The position numbers and the translations under genes were made by a program. Shown here piece by piece: positions 19,331-32,000 of a stretch of 32,000 nucleotides of DNA (positions are counted from its first letter, which is position 1; every line of letters starts with the position of its first letter). The notes beneath the pieces were generated by a model. That model did no database searches and was not told the origin of the DNA. It saw only the letters and a list, made by a program, of their open reading frames with translations. Origin of the DNA: an uncultured Fibrobacteraceae bacterium (lineage in GTDB: Bacteria > Fibrobacterota > Chitinivibrionia > Chitinivibrionales > Chitinispirillaceae); contig CAVTJU010000003.1 of assembly GCA_963735155.1 (NCBI GenBank), positions 1,147,319 through 1,179,318 of the forward strand, given 5' to 3'.

Positions 19331-19637
19331 CCACTCAAATTTTTAATTACACTTCATTCATACTTCGCAGTAGAAATGGTTCGATATTTCACATTTTTTA
19401 TAGTCATGAAAACCCGATTGTCTGCCTGTTAGGCTCGATTTTTTAATCTGAAAAGATTTTAATTGCATCAGGATTTTAAATTAGTCCTCCTATTTATGGC
19501 ACGCCAAAAGCTGTACAAACTATGTATAGTCACATTCAACTAATTGGATTAAGCCTTAAAACAATCGTTTTTTACAAATAGTACTCCTGGTGAAATTCTA
19601 TTAATAATTGGACGATTATTGAGTAAAGGGGAAGATA

Positions 19638-20090
19638 ATGAAACCGGATATTCGTTTTTTAGTGCAAAGTGTACAAATGCATTTCGATAATATTTCCTAT
19701 TATTACGATAAAGAAAATGGAGTTGTCATAAGTGTCAGTACTGATGCACTTGCTGCAGCTGCTGATAGTAGTAGCTTCTATATTAGTAGCGTTGATAAAG
19801 ATGAATTTGGGCTCGCAAAGACATTGACAACTGATTGTGATCGGTACATTCCTCTTCCAGATTCAAAACAATGTAATGAACGTAAAATGATGGAATCTTT
19901 TTGTAAAACAATTAAGAACGAAACTCTCAGTGAAGATATGCTTGCGAATGTAATGTGTAAGGCTGGAGAAAAATTATTCAGCAAAGATATTATTAAACAT
20001 AAATTGGAGGAAAAATGGGCTGCGTACAAAAACCAAAAATATGAAGATGTGATAATAAAATGGTGTAAAAAGAATAATATCGGGATGTAG
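19638..20090 (+). CDS. Hypothetical protein, UPF0158-like
   Basis: 150 aa with a GGGGAAG SD-like site. The pattern YYYDKENGVV...RYIPLP...MMESFC...W..Y.......W...NNI recalls UPF0158, from memory only. Confidence 0.45.
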   Translation: MKPDIRFLVQSVQMHFDNISYYYDKENGVVISVSTDALAAAADSSSFYISSVDKDEFGLAKTLTTDCDRYIPLPDSKQCNERKMMESFCKTIKNETLSEDMLANVMCKAGEKLFSKDIIKHKLEEKWAAYKNQKYEDVIIKWCKKNNIGM

Positions 20091-20270
20091 AACTGTTGGT
20101 TTTTGCAGGTTCTCTTGAATTAGCAAAAACAGGGTAAATTCACCCCACTTGAAGGTTTTTCACCTTCTGGAATCGGTTTGCTACATAAATAACAAATTTC
20201 TTCAGCCATATAAATTTTCCTGAAAGATTAAGCCGGCTAAATGAACACTCCTGGATTGCACTTAAAGATC

Positions 20271-20609
20271 TCAGCCAGATTCCTTAGCTTTTTTCCGGCT
20301 GATCGTCCTTTTCCCCGTTTCCATGTCCGAAAGGTACGGAACACTTACACCGATCATTTCAGAAAGCTGACTTTGGGTGAGATTGCGCGCTTTGCGATAG
20401 GTCTTCAGATAATCCTTCGGTTTCATCTCAGAATCCATCTTCTTGTACCAATCGGTGGTTTTAATATCCACCAGCTCTTCCGAATCATCTTCATCGTTCA
20501 CGGTTTCGATATATTTAGAATACTGTTCACGGATTGCCTGAACCACTTTCAAAGGAGTTCTCGGTTTCAGACGGATATTAATATGGTGCGCTCTCGCGAC
20601 TGCCAACAT
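20271..20609 (-). CDS. Antitoxin with a C-terminal XRE-type HTH (HigA-like)
   Basis: HTH segment LTQSQLSEMIGVSVPYLSDMETGKR. Lies downstream of, and overlaps by 32 nt, a RelE-like toxin gene. Confidence 0.7.
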   Translation of the reverse strand: MLAVARAHHINIRLKPRTPLKVVQAIREQYSKYIETVNDEDDSEELVDIKTTDWYKKMDSEMKPKDYLKTYRKARNLTQSQLSEMIGVSVPYLSDMETGKRTISRKKAKESG

Positions 20610-20847
20610 AGTACACCTCTATTGTTAAAGTTCCTTTCTCCTCTGTCCAACAGGCCACATAATGGTACGTAAGGTGGCAGTGGTACTTATTACCATCTAA
20701 TTTGCTAAAATTCGGCCAACCCGTAGCTCCTCTGGTCCCGGATGCCTGAAGTACCTCCACCAAAGCCTTGAATTTCTTCTGAATATGTGGTGGGATCTTG
20801 CCTATACCCTTAATTACGGATTTTTTAATCAGAATCTTATGGGCCAT
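20578..20847 (-). CDS. RelE/ParE-superfamily type II toxin (toxin-first, HigB-like arrangement)
   Basis: 89 aa from ATG 20847 (MAHKILIKKSVIKGIGKIPPHIQKK...KLDGNKYHCHLTYHYVACW...IEVYYVGSRESAPY), matching the RelE-like pattern. The longer ORF to 21015 has a low-complexity, implausible N-terminus. Confidence 0.65.
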   Translation of the reverse strand: MAHKILIKKSVIKGIGKIPPHIQKKFKALVEVLQASGTRGATGWPNFSKLDGNKYHCHLTYHYVACWTEEKGTLTIEVYYVGSRESAPY

Positions 20848-21004
20848 ATCTAAAATATACCCTTTTTTAGGTAAGTAGTAAAGTCCAAAAAAATCCTGGT
20901 CAAGATCTTCTCTTGCCGAGACTCCAAGGAATGGGTGCTTACTGTAGTAAAAGAAGCGGAAAAGGGATAGAATCTGGGATAGACAAAAGTGGTAAAATTC
21001 AAAT

Positions 21005-21053
21005 AAAAAAGGCACTCAAACCTTTGATTCTATTGGTTTCGAGTGCCTTTTTT
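21005..21053 (-). terminator. Rho-independent terminator downstream of the tRNA, with A-tract and T-tract so potentially bidirectional
   Basis: Stem GGCACTCAAACC (21011-21022) / GGTTTCGAGTGCC (21035-21047, one bulge), flanked by A6 and T6. Confidence 0.75.
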
Positions 21054-21057
21054 AAAA

Positions 21058-21131
21058 TACCCCCAGCCCGAATCGAACGGGCGACACCAGGTTTAGGAAA
21101 CCTGTGCTCTATCCTACTGAGCTATGGGGGC
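21058..21131 (-). tRNA. tRNA-Arg (anticodon CCU)
   Basis: The 74-nt minus-strand sequence GCCCCCATAGCTCAGTAGGATAGAGCACAGGTTTCCTAAACCTGGTGTCGCCCGTTCGATTCGGGCTGGGGGTA folds as a cloverleaf: 7-bp acceptor, D arm GCTC/GAGC, anticodon stem CAGGT/ACCTG with loop TTCCTAA, and T arm GCCCG-TTCGATT-CGGGC. CCA is not encoded. Confidence 0.95.
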
Positions 21132-21391
21132 AAATTTGATCCAAAAATATAAACTATGCTCAAAAATTTTCAAACAGGTAAATTTCTTGTATTCAAATAC
21201 ATATGTATAGAAACACATCTGTAGCAAAGTTTGTAGTCCTATTTTTCTTATAAAATGTTTATCCTCTTGATAAAATCGGGAGATCAGGATAAAAGCTCTT
21301 TATGCAAATAATGATACAAAAAACAATAATCAGTTGTTAGAGAAGTTCAATTAAATCAGGATTATGGATAGAAGGTTGAATTAAATTTAGC

Positions 21392-21431
21392 AAAAAAATA
21401 GAGGAGTCGGAACAGTATTGTTCCGACTTCC
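21392..21431 (-). terminator. Rho-independent terminator of gltD
   Basis: 11-bp stem GGAGTCGGAAC / GTTCCGAC(T)TCC at 21403-21431. On the minus strand it is followed by TCTATTTTTTTG. It lies 14 nt after the gltD stop. Confidence 0.8.
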
Positions 21432-21445
21432 CTGAATAGTACCGG

Positions 21446-22872
21446 TCAACTACGCAGATATTCATCGATCTGACGGGCAGCCTGACGCCCGTGGTATATT
21501 GCCCGAACAACAAGTGATGCCCCTGTACCGGCATCACCGGCAGTAAAGACGCCCTTTGATGAAGTCAAATGGTTATCTATACATTTGATATTACCGCGCT
21601 GATCATAATCGATCTTGAGATCTTCAAGTAGTCTACTATGCTGAACATGAACAAATCCCATAGCCAGCAGAACAAGATCAACTTTCATTGTAAATTCACT
21701 GCCAGGAATTTCGGTCATTTTAAACTGACCATTTTCACCTTTCTTCCATTCGACTCTGGCAAATGTTCCGTTTTCAACACGGGTATGTTTACCATTAAAT
21801 TGACGTGTGGTGATTGACCAGTCCCGCTCGCAACCTTCTTCATGTGAAGAAGATGTACGGAGTATATTTGGCCAGAAGGGCCAATTTGGATTTGTAGATT
21901 CTGTCCATACTTGTGGTTTGGGCATGATTTCGTATTGATAAACTTTCTTTGCTCCTTGACGATTTGCGGTTCCGACACAATCCGAGCCTGTATCACCGCC
22001 GCCAATTACAAGGACTACTTTATCTTTAGCATTAATCTTCTGATCATCTTTACTTATTTCGCCACTGACAAGCCGGTTCGATTCACCCAAATAATCCAAA
22101 GCGAAATGAATCCCATCCAGACCACGCCCTGCTACATTAAGATCACGCGGTTCACCTGCACCCATGGTTAGTAGTACGACATCATAAGTCCTTTGGAGGT
22201 AACGAGCACTTATATCTTCACCGATAATTACATTGGTTGCAAATTGAACCCCTTCTGCGCGCATCTGCTCCATGCGTCTATCAATGACCCACTTCTCCAG
22301 CTTGAAATCAGGAATACCATAACGCAAAAGACCACCGATTTTATTATGCTTTTCGAAAAGTGTTACCGAGTGCCCCTTACGACGGAGCTGCTGAGCCGCT
22401 GCTAATCCAGCAGGACCGCTTCCTATTATTGCTATCTTCTTTCCGGTTTCTTTTCGCGGTGGACGAGGAATAATAAGACCCTCTTTAAATCCATTCTCAA
22501 TAATGGCAAGCTCTATCTGTTTAATAGTCACCGGAGCACTGTTGTAAGAGAGTGTGCAAGCAGCTTCACAAGGCGCAGGACAGATTCTTCCGGTAATTTC
22601 CGGAAGATTATTGGTCAATTCAAGACGCATCAATGCATCACGCCAATCGCCTTTGTAAATGCAATCGTTCCACTCAGGAATAAGGTTGTAAATGGGACAT
22701 CCTACTGCATGACAATAGGGAATGCCGCAATCCATACAGCGCCCACCCTGATTTTTAAGCACATCCGCTGTTACTGGTATTGTAAATTCATTATAGTTTT
22801 TCAATCGCTCGGATGCAGGCAGATAAGTGCCGGTAACCCGCTTATACTCTAAAAAGCCGTTTGTCTTACCCA

Positions 22873-22873
<1 letters not shown>
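21446..22873 (-). CDS. gltD: Glutamate synthase (NADPH) small subunit
   Basis: Fe-S cysteine clusters (CMDCGIPYC and CPAPCEAAC). Dinucleotide motifs IAIIGSGPAGLAAAQQL and VLVIGGGDTGSDC. Its ATG overlaps the gltB stop (TAATG). Confidence 0.95.
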
Positions 22874-27412
<4,539 letters not shown>

Positions 27413-27755
27413 TCCTTACTACCTCGGTTTTATCTATATGTTGAAGTAAAAATGTCTATTCTTTTTATTTTGGCCATATTGTTAACCATTAAATCCAATT
27501 TTTTGCGTATACAAAGTATACTTCTTAACTCTGTATTTATCGTTTGTTATTCTCTGAACTCAAGCTTTGGCAATGCCTGAGCAGACCACCTAAACAGCCT
27601 CAGAAATTAACTTAATTTTTTGAAATAGACAACTTTTTTATAAAAAAAAAAGGAAAAATGTTGCACCCCTTTTTTTTAATTAAAAAAGCAAAAAGGCACA
27701 GAGTTTCGCTACAAAATTGTGTCGAGAAAGTACAAAATTGTTCTAAGAAGAGAGG

Positions 27756-28283
27756 CTATTTCTTGCGTGTGGTTCGTTTCGTTAATAACAGATTGCCAGT
27801 TGCGTATACATCATAATCACCACAATTATATGAAGCTTTTATCTTTACAGGCGAATTGTAAGGAATGTTGATCAAAGTAATCTTTGCTTTACCATCTGGT
27901 CCAGAGAAGAAACAGGTTTTATCATCCATATTTATTTCATTACATATAAAAGTCCCTGCAGTAGCTGTCAATCCAATCTGCCCACCGGAAATAGGTTCGC
28001 CATCTTTATTAAGGAGAAAGACCTCAACCAAAGCTTTGGGGGCAGCACTTTCAATTGACTGAACAGTACTGACTTTTATTGAAAGTGTACAAGAGGTTAC
28101 CACTTTTTCATCTGTATATATAGTACCCATCGTACCATCGTCTGAACTAAATGTAACGTTTGTAATTGTTATCAGGAATAAAACAAAAAAAAGTATTCTA
28201 TAATGTATCAAAATCAACCACCTATCAAAAGGATAAAATATTTCATATATTGTTAATATATAGTTTTTGGCAACTTTAGTCAA
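27756..28283 (-). CDS. Hypothetical small exported or membrane-anchored protein with an Ig-like (Big_1-like) segment
   Basis: Hydrophobic segment ILFFVLFLITITNVTFS, then VEVFLLNKDGEPISGGQIGLTATAGTF...DGKAKITL. The start is uncertain: TTG 28283 overlaps the GT4 stop, and an internal TTG after AGGTGG (~28215) is possible. Confidence 0.5.
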   Translation of the reverse strand: MTKVAKNYILTIYEIFYPFDRWLILIHYRILFFVLFLITITNVTFSSDDGTMGTIYTDEKVVTSCTLSIKVSTVQSIESAAPKALVEVFLLNKDGEPISGGQIGLTATAGTFICNEINMDDKTCFFSGPDGKAKITLINIPYNSPVKIKASYNCGDYDVYATGNLLLTKRTTRKK

Positions 28284-29299
28284 TTTTTTACTATCTGACT
28301 ATAAACTTCAATGTAATCATTTACCATTCTTTCAGAAGAAAATCGCTTTTCAACTGTGCTTCGGCAAAAATGACGATCTATTATTGAAATCTGCGCTACA
28401 ACTTCAACTGCTTCATCGATTGTTGATACAAGAAAACCATTCTTTTTATTGGTAATTATCTCAGGCATACTTCCCCGATTAAAAGCTATTACAGGAGTTC
28501 CACACGCCATAGCTTCAACAACTGATAATCCGAACGGTTCATTGAAATGAATCGGGTGAAGCATCGCACGTGCGTTCCCTAATAGCTCATTTCTCTGACT
28601 CGGACCAATGCTTCCTAAATAGTGGATTTTTTTTCCATCGATTTCGGGTGCAATGAATGAATTAAAATATGATTGGTCCTGAATAATACCAGCCATAACC
28701 AGTTCCACACCAGCTTTCTTAGCTATCTTTATAGCATCGATAACTCCCTTATCCGCGTGCATTCTTCCAAGAAAAACAAGATATGATCCTGGATTGTTAA
28801 TAAATGTAAAATGTGATAAATCGATACCATGATAGATGGTTCTTAAATAGGTCAACTCTGTTGATTGGTCTGAATTGCTGATTGAAACATAGTTAACAAC
28901 ATCATTATATTTTTTAAAGACAGGAATAATCTGCGGAGATGAGAAACCATGTATTGTCGTTACCACAGGTGTAGATATGAGTTTGCAATAGGTAAGCGGC
29001 AAAAAATCAAAGTGGTTATGGATTATATCAAATTGTGATGCTTTTTCAAAACAATTAGAAATATGAAGGCACTCTGCCACTTTAGGGTCAACTGAACGGT
29101 CTTCCTCATACCCCCGTTGAATAGCTGATTCCAATTTACCTTTGGTTATAGAATCCGAAGATGCAAATAAAGTAACATCAAAACCCTTTTGTATGAGGGA
29201 TTCAGTAAGTAGTGAAGCAATCAATTCCCAGGGACCATAATGTCTGGGTGGAGTTCTCCATGCTACAGGGCTCAACATTGCAATTTTTAATGATTTCAT
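28280..29299 (-). CDS. Family 4 (GT-B, group 1) glycosyltransferase
   Basis: C-terminal motif EPFGLSVVEAMACGTPVIAFNRGSMPEII...NGFLV. ATG 29299 (MKSLKIAML) lies 2 nt after the M48 stop. Confidence 0.85.
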   Translation of the reverse strand: MKSLKIAMLSPVAWRTPPRHYGPWELIASLLTESLIQKGFDVTLFASSDSITKGKLESAIQRGYEEDRSVDPKVAECLHISNCFEKASQFDIIHNHFDFLPLTYCKLISTPVVTTIHGFSSPQIIPVFKKYNDVVNYVSISNSDQSTELTYLRTIYHGIDLSHFTFINNPGSYLVFLGRMHADKGVIDAIKIAKKAGVELVMAGIIQDQSYFNSFIAPEIDGKKIHYLGSIGPSQRNELLGNARAMLHPIHFNEPFGLSVVEAMACGTPVIAFNRGSMPEIITNKKNGFLVSTIDEAVEVVAQISIIDRHFCRSTVEKRFSSERMVNDYIEVYSQIVKN

Positions 29300-29301
29300 A
29301 G

Positions 29302-30120
29302 TCAAGGCTTTTTTAAATATTTCATTGCATAAGGTATTTTTCTTTTGATATTATCAATCCGTCGTTTATCAGATGGATGAGTGCTGAGATACACTGGAAT
29401 AATATTTTCTCCTTTAGTAGAAAAACGTTCCCAAAAGTTAATAGCCGATTGAGGGTTATATCCGGCCATCGCCATAAAAATCAAACCAAGCTGGTCAGCT
29501 TCACTCTCCTGTAAACGGCTATAGGGGAAAAGTACTCCAACTTCAGCCCCAAGTCCAAGAGCAGCTAACGCATATTTACGTGTCAGATCAGGTTTTTTAG
29601 ATAAAGCATTCGAAAGCGTAACTCCTCCCAATTCTACAAAAAGTGCCTGACACATTCTTTCATCCCCGTGCTTTGTGACTGCATGGGCAATTTCATGTCC
29701 AAGGACTACCGCAAGACCAGTATCATTTCTGGTGACAGGTAATATCCCTGTGTAAACACCGATTTTCCCACCTGGCATAGCCCAGGCGTTGGCAATTGAA
29801 TCCTCAATCAGAGCAAATTCCCACTTGTAGTTCTTAAGAAAAGTATTCATTTTCCGGCTCTGAAAAAAATGCTCAACTGAATTTTGGATCTGTTCTCCTA
29901 CTCTTTGCACCATTTCTACATCATTTCCCTCTTTGATTATCTTTTTTTCTTTAATGACTTCTCGATACGATTCAAAACTAAGAGCAAGCATCTGAGAATC
30001 CGGAATCAAATGCAATTGATTTCGTCCTGTTATCGGAACTGGTTGACAATTCACTAGAACTGTTATAATCAGGAACACAAATCTGAATCTGATTATATAG
30101 GTGGTATCAAGCTTTTTCAT
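29302..30120 (-). CDS. M48-family zinc metallopeptidase, exported
   Basis: HEIAHAV (HExxH) within LGHEIAHAVTKHGDERM, a downstream ESEADxxG and STHPS. N-terminal hydrophobic signal ending in an atypical lipobox-like LVNC. Confidence 0.85.
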   Translation of the reverse strand: MKKLDTTYIIRFRFVFLIITVLVNCQPVPITGRNQLHLIPDSQMLALSFESYREVIKEKKIIKEGNDVEMVQRVGEQIQNSVEHFFQSRKMNTFLKNYKWEFALIEDSIANAWAMPGGKIGVYTGILPVTRNDTGLAVVLGHEIAHAVTKHGDERMCQALFVELGGVTLSNALSKKPDLTRKYALAALGLGAEVGVLFPYSRLQESEADQLGLIFMAMAGYNPQSAINFWERFSTKGENIIPVYLSTHPSDKRRIDNIKRKIPYAMKYLKKP

Positions 30121-30122
30121 AA

Positions 30123-30908
30123 TCAGAACCTTATTAATTTTGTTTTGAGATTAAAAAGAGTTTCTATAAAAGTGGGAAAAAGTAGAGAGAGTTTAGCACT
30201 GATAAGACTAATGAAACTCATATATACTTCTCGATAGTCTTTTTTTGCTGCTTCAATTATTTTTTGCGATACAAACTCCGGAGAACGGCCACGTAATTTA
30301 CTTATCATATTTCCATTTGCTTTTATTCCCATACTATGCTTAAAAAAATCAGTTGCAGTTAAGCCTGGATAGACTGTAACAACTTGAATGTTTTTTTTCT
30401 TGAGCTCATATCGTGATGCATCTGAAATACCGTTGAGAGCTAATTTGCTGGCTCGATATCCACCACTTCCCGAAGTGACAATTTTTGTTATCATCGATGA
30501 AACATTAATAATTTTTCCACTTCCGGATGCGATCATGGAAGGCAAAACAGCTTGAGTGAGCACAAGCGGAGCAAACACATTTATTTCGAATAGCTTTCTT
30601 AGATCGTCAACATTCATTTCTTCAATAAAGGAAGATAAACCCACTCCTGCATTATTGATAAGAATATCGATTTTATTAAATGTAGAAAGAGTTTGATTAA
30701 TCAAATTTTTAACAGCTTCTTTTTGGGTAATATCTGCTGGAATTACAAGATTGGTGGTACTTAATCCGTTTGCAACCCGTTTTAAATTATCAACTGAACG
30801 AGCTATAAGTACCAAATTCGAACCCTCTTTGGAGAATGCTTTTGCGGTAGCTTCACCAATTCCTGAGGATGCACCGGTTATAAGTACAGTCTTACCTCGT
30901 AAATTCAT
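30123..30908 (-). CDS. Short-chain dehydrogenase/reductase (classical SDR)
   Basis: TGASSGIGEATA cofactor motif, NNAG, catalytic YRASK. Start chosen at ATG 30908 (MNLRGKTVLITG) rather than the ORF-track start at 30968. Confidence 0.9.
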   Translation of the reverse strand: MNLRGKTVLITGASSGIGEATAKAFSKEGSNLVLIARSVDNLKRVANGLSTTNLVIPADITQKEAVKNLINQTLSTFNKIDILINNAGVGLSSFIEEMNVDDLRKLFEINVFAPLVLTQAVLPSMIASGSGKIINVSSMITKIVTSGSGGYRASKLALNGISDASRYELKKKNIQVVTVYPGLTATDFFKHSMGIKANGNMISKLRGRSPEFVSQKIIEAAKKDYREVYMSFISLISAKLSLLFPTFIETLFNLKTKLIRF

Positions 30909-30954
30909 AATTAATGTATTAAGAAAAGGTTTGTAATTTATATAAAGAAGCAGC

Positions 30955-30983
30955 AAAAAATTGACCACAGGAGCATTGTGGCC
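30955..30983 (-). terminator. Probable terminator after the LamG-domain gene
   Basis: On the minus strand, GGCCACA-atgctcc-TGTGGTC (7-bp stem including one G-U pair), followed by AATTTTTT. Confidence 0.5.
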
Positions 30984-31000
30984 TGAGGAATTATACTGTA

Positions 31001-32000
31001 TTATTTATTCTTGAATTCCAGTATCGAAGCAGATGATTGATAATAAATAAATTTCAGATAATTTTCAGTTTGAGCAACTGATTCAATCCTAAACTCATCA
31101 ATTGCCCCCTGAAAAGATCTGGTAAGTAAATCTCGGCCCGCAATTACATTAATATCTGAGCCAATAAAAATTATTCCTGTTTTGGAAGTAGTTATATTTA
31201 CTGTAAAAGGAACGGTTTTAATCGCAGTACTGTTAATATATAATGTCAATTCATTCGCATTCGATCTGATCAGAGCAAGATGATTCCAACTGGTATCTTC
31301 CGGGAGTTTTTCTTTAATCAATGTATCTTTAGAATTCCAGATAGAGATTGTCCCAGAGCTGTCAAATGAGATTCCGAAAGGTATTGTATCATTTTCACCA
31401 TAGTAAAATGAAAAAAGACTACTTTTTTGCCGATAATCCTTCTGGTACCAGAAAGAAACCGTAAAAGGGCCTGTTCCAAATGAACAATCTTTTAACGAGT
31501 CAATGATAATATAATCTTCTTCTTTGTAGTCGAAATTCTTCCCATACCCGCTGACTCCTTCACGGCCGCGCGCATAGATGAAATCGTCACCATGATTGGC
31601 CATCACAGTTACATCTGAATACAAGTTTCTGTTCTTAACTCCGGGAGATTCCTGATTAACATGCAAAACCGCTCTGAAACCAAGCGTTGTATCAAAAACC
31701 TGTTTTCCCGATGAAAAATTGTCAGCTTTAGAATTCCCCCAAAATAAATTTATGTACTGAGAGGAATTATGAGCTGAAATAGAATCAACTAACACCCATA
31801 GTGCAGCATTTGTACCAACTGAATCCCATCGTTCAATTTCAAATGGTAATTGTCTGCCTTTACTCGATGTAAATAGAAGACCCTTTCCATCCGCCGAAAC
31901 CTGATTGAAATCAAATGTAGTATGATCGAGCCGCACCAGAAGGGGAAACTTACCAATCCCTCCCGTGAGATCAATAGAAGAACTGTTAATGTAAATTTTA
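31001..32000 (-). CDS. DUF2341-like + LamG (concanavalin-A-like) domain protein, 5' end outside the window
   Basis: The reading frame stays open from 31936 to the window edge (...KIYINSSSIDLTGGIGKFPLLVRLDHTTFDF...). FPLLVRLD...LPFEIERWD...ALWVLV...INLFWGN recalls DUF2341. FTVSFWYQ...LALIRS...LTLYIN...GAIDEFRI is LamG-like. Confidence 0.6.
   Translation of the reverse strand, partial: KIYINSSSIDLTGGIGKFPLLVRLDHTTFDFNQVSADGKGLLFTSSKGRQLPFEIERWDSVGTNAALWVLVDSISAHNSSQYINLFWGNSKADNFSSGKQVFDTTLGFRAVLHVNQESPGVKNRNLYSDVTVMANHGDDFIYARGREGVSGYGKNFDYKEEDYIIIDSLKDCSFGTGPFTVSFWYQKDYRQKSSLFSFYYGENDTIPFGISFDSSGTISIWNSKDTLIKEKLPEDTSWNHLALIRSNANELTLYINSTAIKTVPFTVNITTSKTGIIFIGSDINVIAGRDLLTRSFQGAIDEFRIESVAQTENYLKFIYYQSSASILEFKNK

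Noticed and set aside
20241-20672. 143-aa plus-strand ORF antisense to the toxin-antitoxin pair, and the 79-aa ORF 20913..21152 overlapping the tRNA
   Set aside because: The opposite strand carries recognisable RelE-like and HTH proteins and a perfect tRNA cloverleaf. These translations are low-complexity shadows.
19300-21057. att-type direct repeat of the tRNA-Arg 3' end delimiting an integrated element
   Set aside because: No copy of the tRNA 3' segment GTTCGATTCGGGCTGGGGG, on either strand, was seen between 17.8 and 21.0 kb, so island boundaries cannot be claimed.
21337-21537. 66-aa ORF overlapping the gltD 3' end and terminator, and other small ORFs nested in pst/pho/glt genes (for example 9394..9672, 10675..10881, 12664..12891, 21715..22005)
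   Set aside because: They are alternative-frame ORFs inside well-supported conserved genes, with no independent signals.
27507-27521. NtcA-type site (GTA-N8-TAC) upstream of gltB
   Set aside because: The outer GTA...TAC spacing here is N9 (15 bp total), not N8. It is kept only as a generic palindromic operator candidate.

Overview
Low-GC bacterial chromosomal window, almost entirely minus-strand coding. Genes use AAGGAG-type Shine-Dalgarno sites, and one protein carries a FlgD-Ig/T9SS-like C-terminal tail, which loosely suggests an FCB-type or related lineage (no database check possible). Left to right: (1) a 6.7-kb gene for a giant secreted modular surface protein. (2) A 1-kb non-coding gap holding two opposed arrays of 13 x 21-bp tandem repeats that share an invariant CAGAAATC core. 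No feature class I know explains this, and it is my top candidate for something new. (3) A compact Pho supra-operon: phoU-like, porin, pstS (frameshifted), pstC, pstA, phoB, phoR, pstB, phoU. It has 11-bp-phased TGTTAG (CTAACA) direct repeats that look like Pho boxes. (4) A small plus-strand cluster: SRPBCC, family-2 ThiF-like E1, WrbA, UPF0158-like. (5) A RelE-like toxin / HTH antitoxin pair next to tRNA-Arg(CCU). (6) gltB-gltD glutamate synthase. gltD is intact, but gltB carries about 14 frame disruptions, 13 of them within 1.9 kb. (7) A tightly packed envelope-type operon (SDR, M48 peptidase, GT4 glycosyltransferase, small Ig-like protein) and a DUF2341/LamG gene that runs off the right edge. 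All calls come from reading the sequence and the ORF track by eye; no searches were run.
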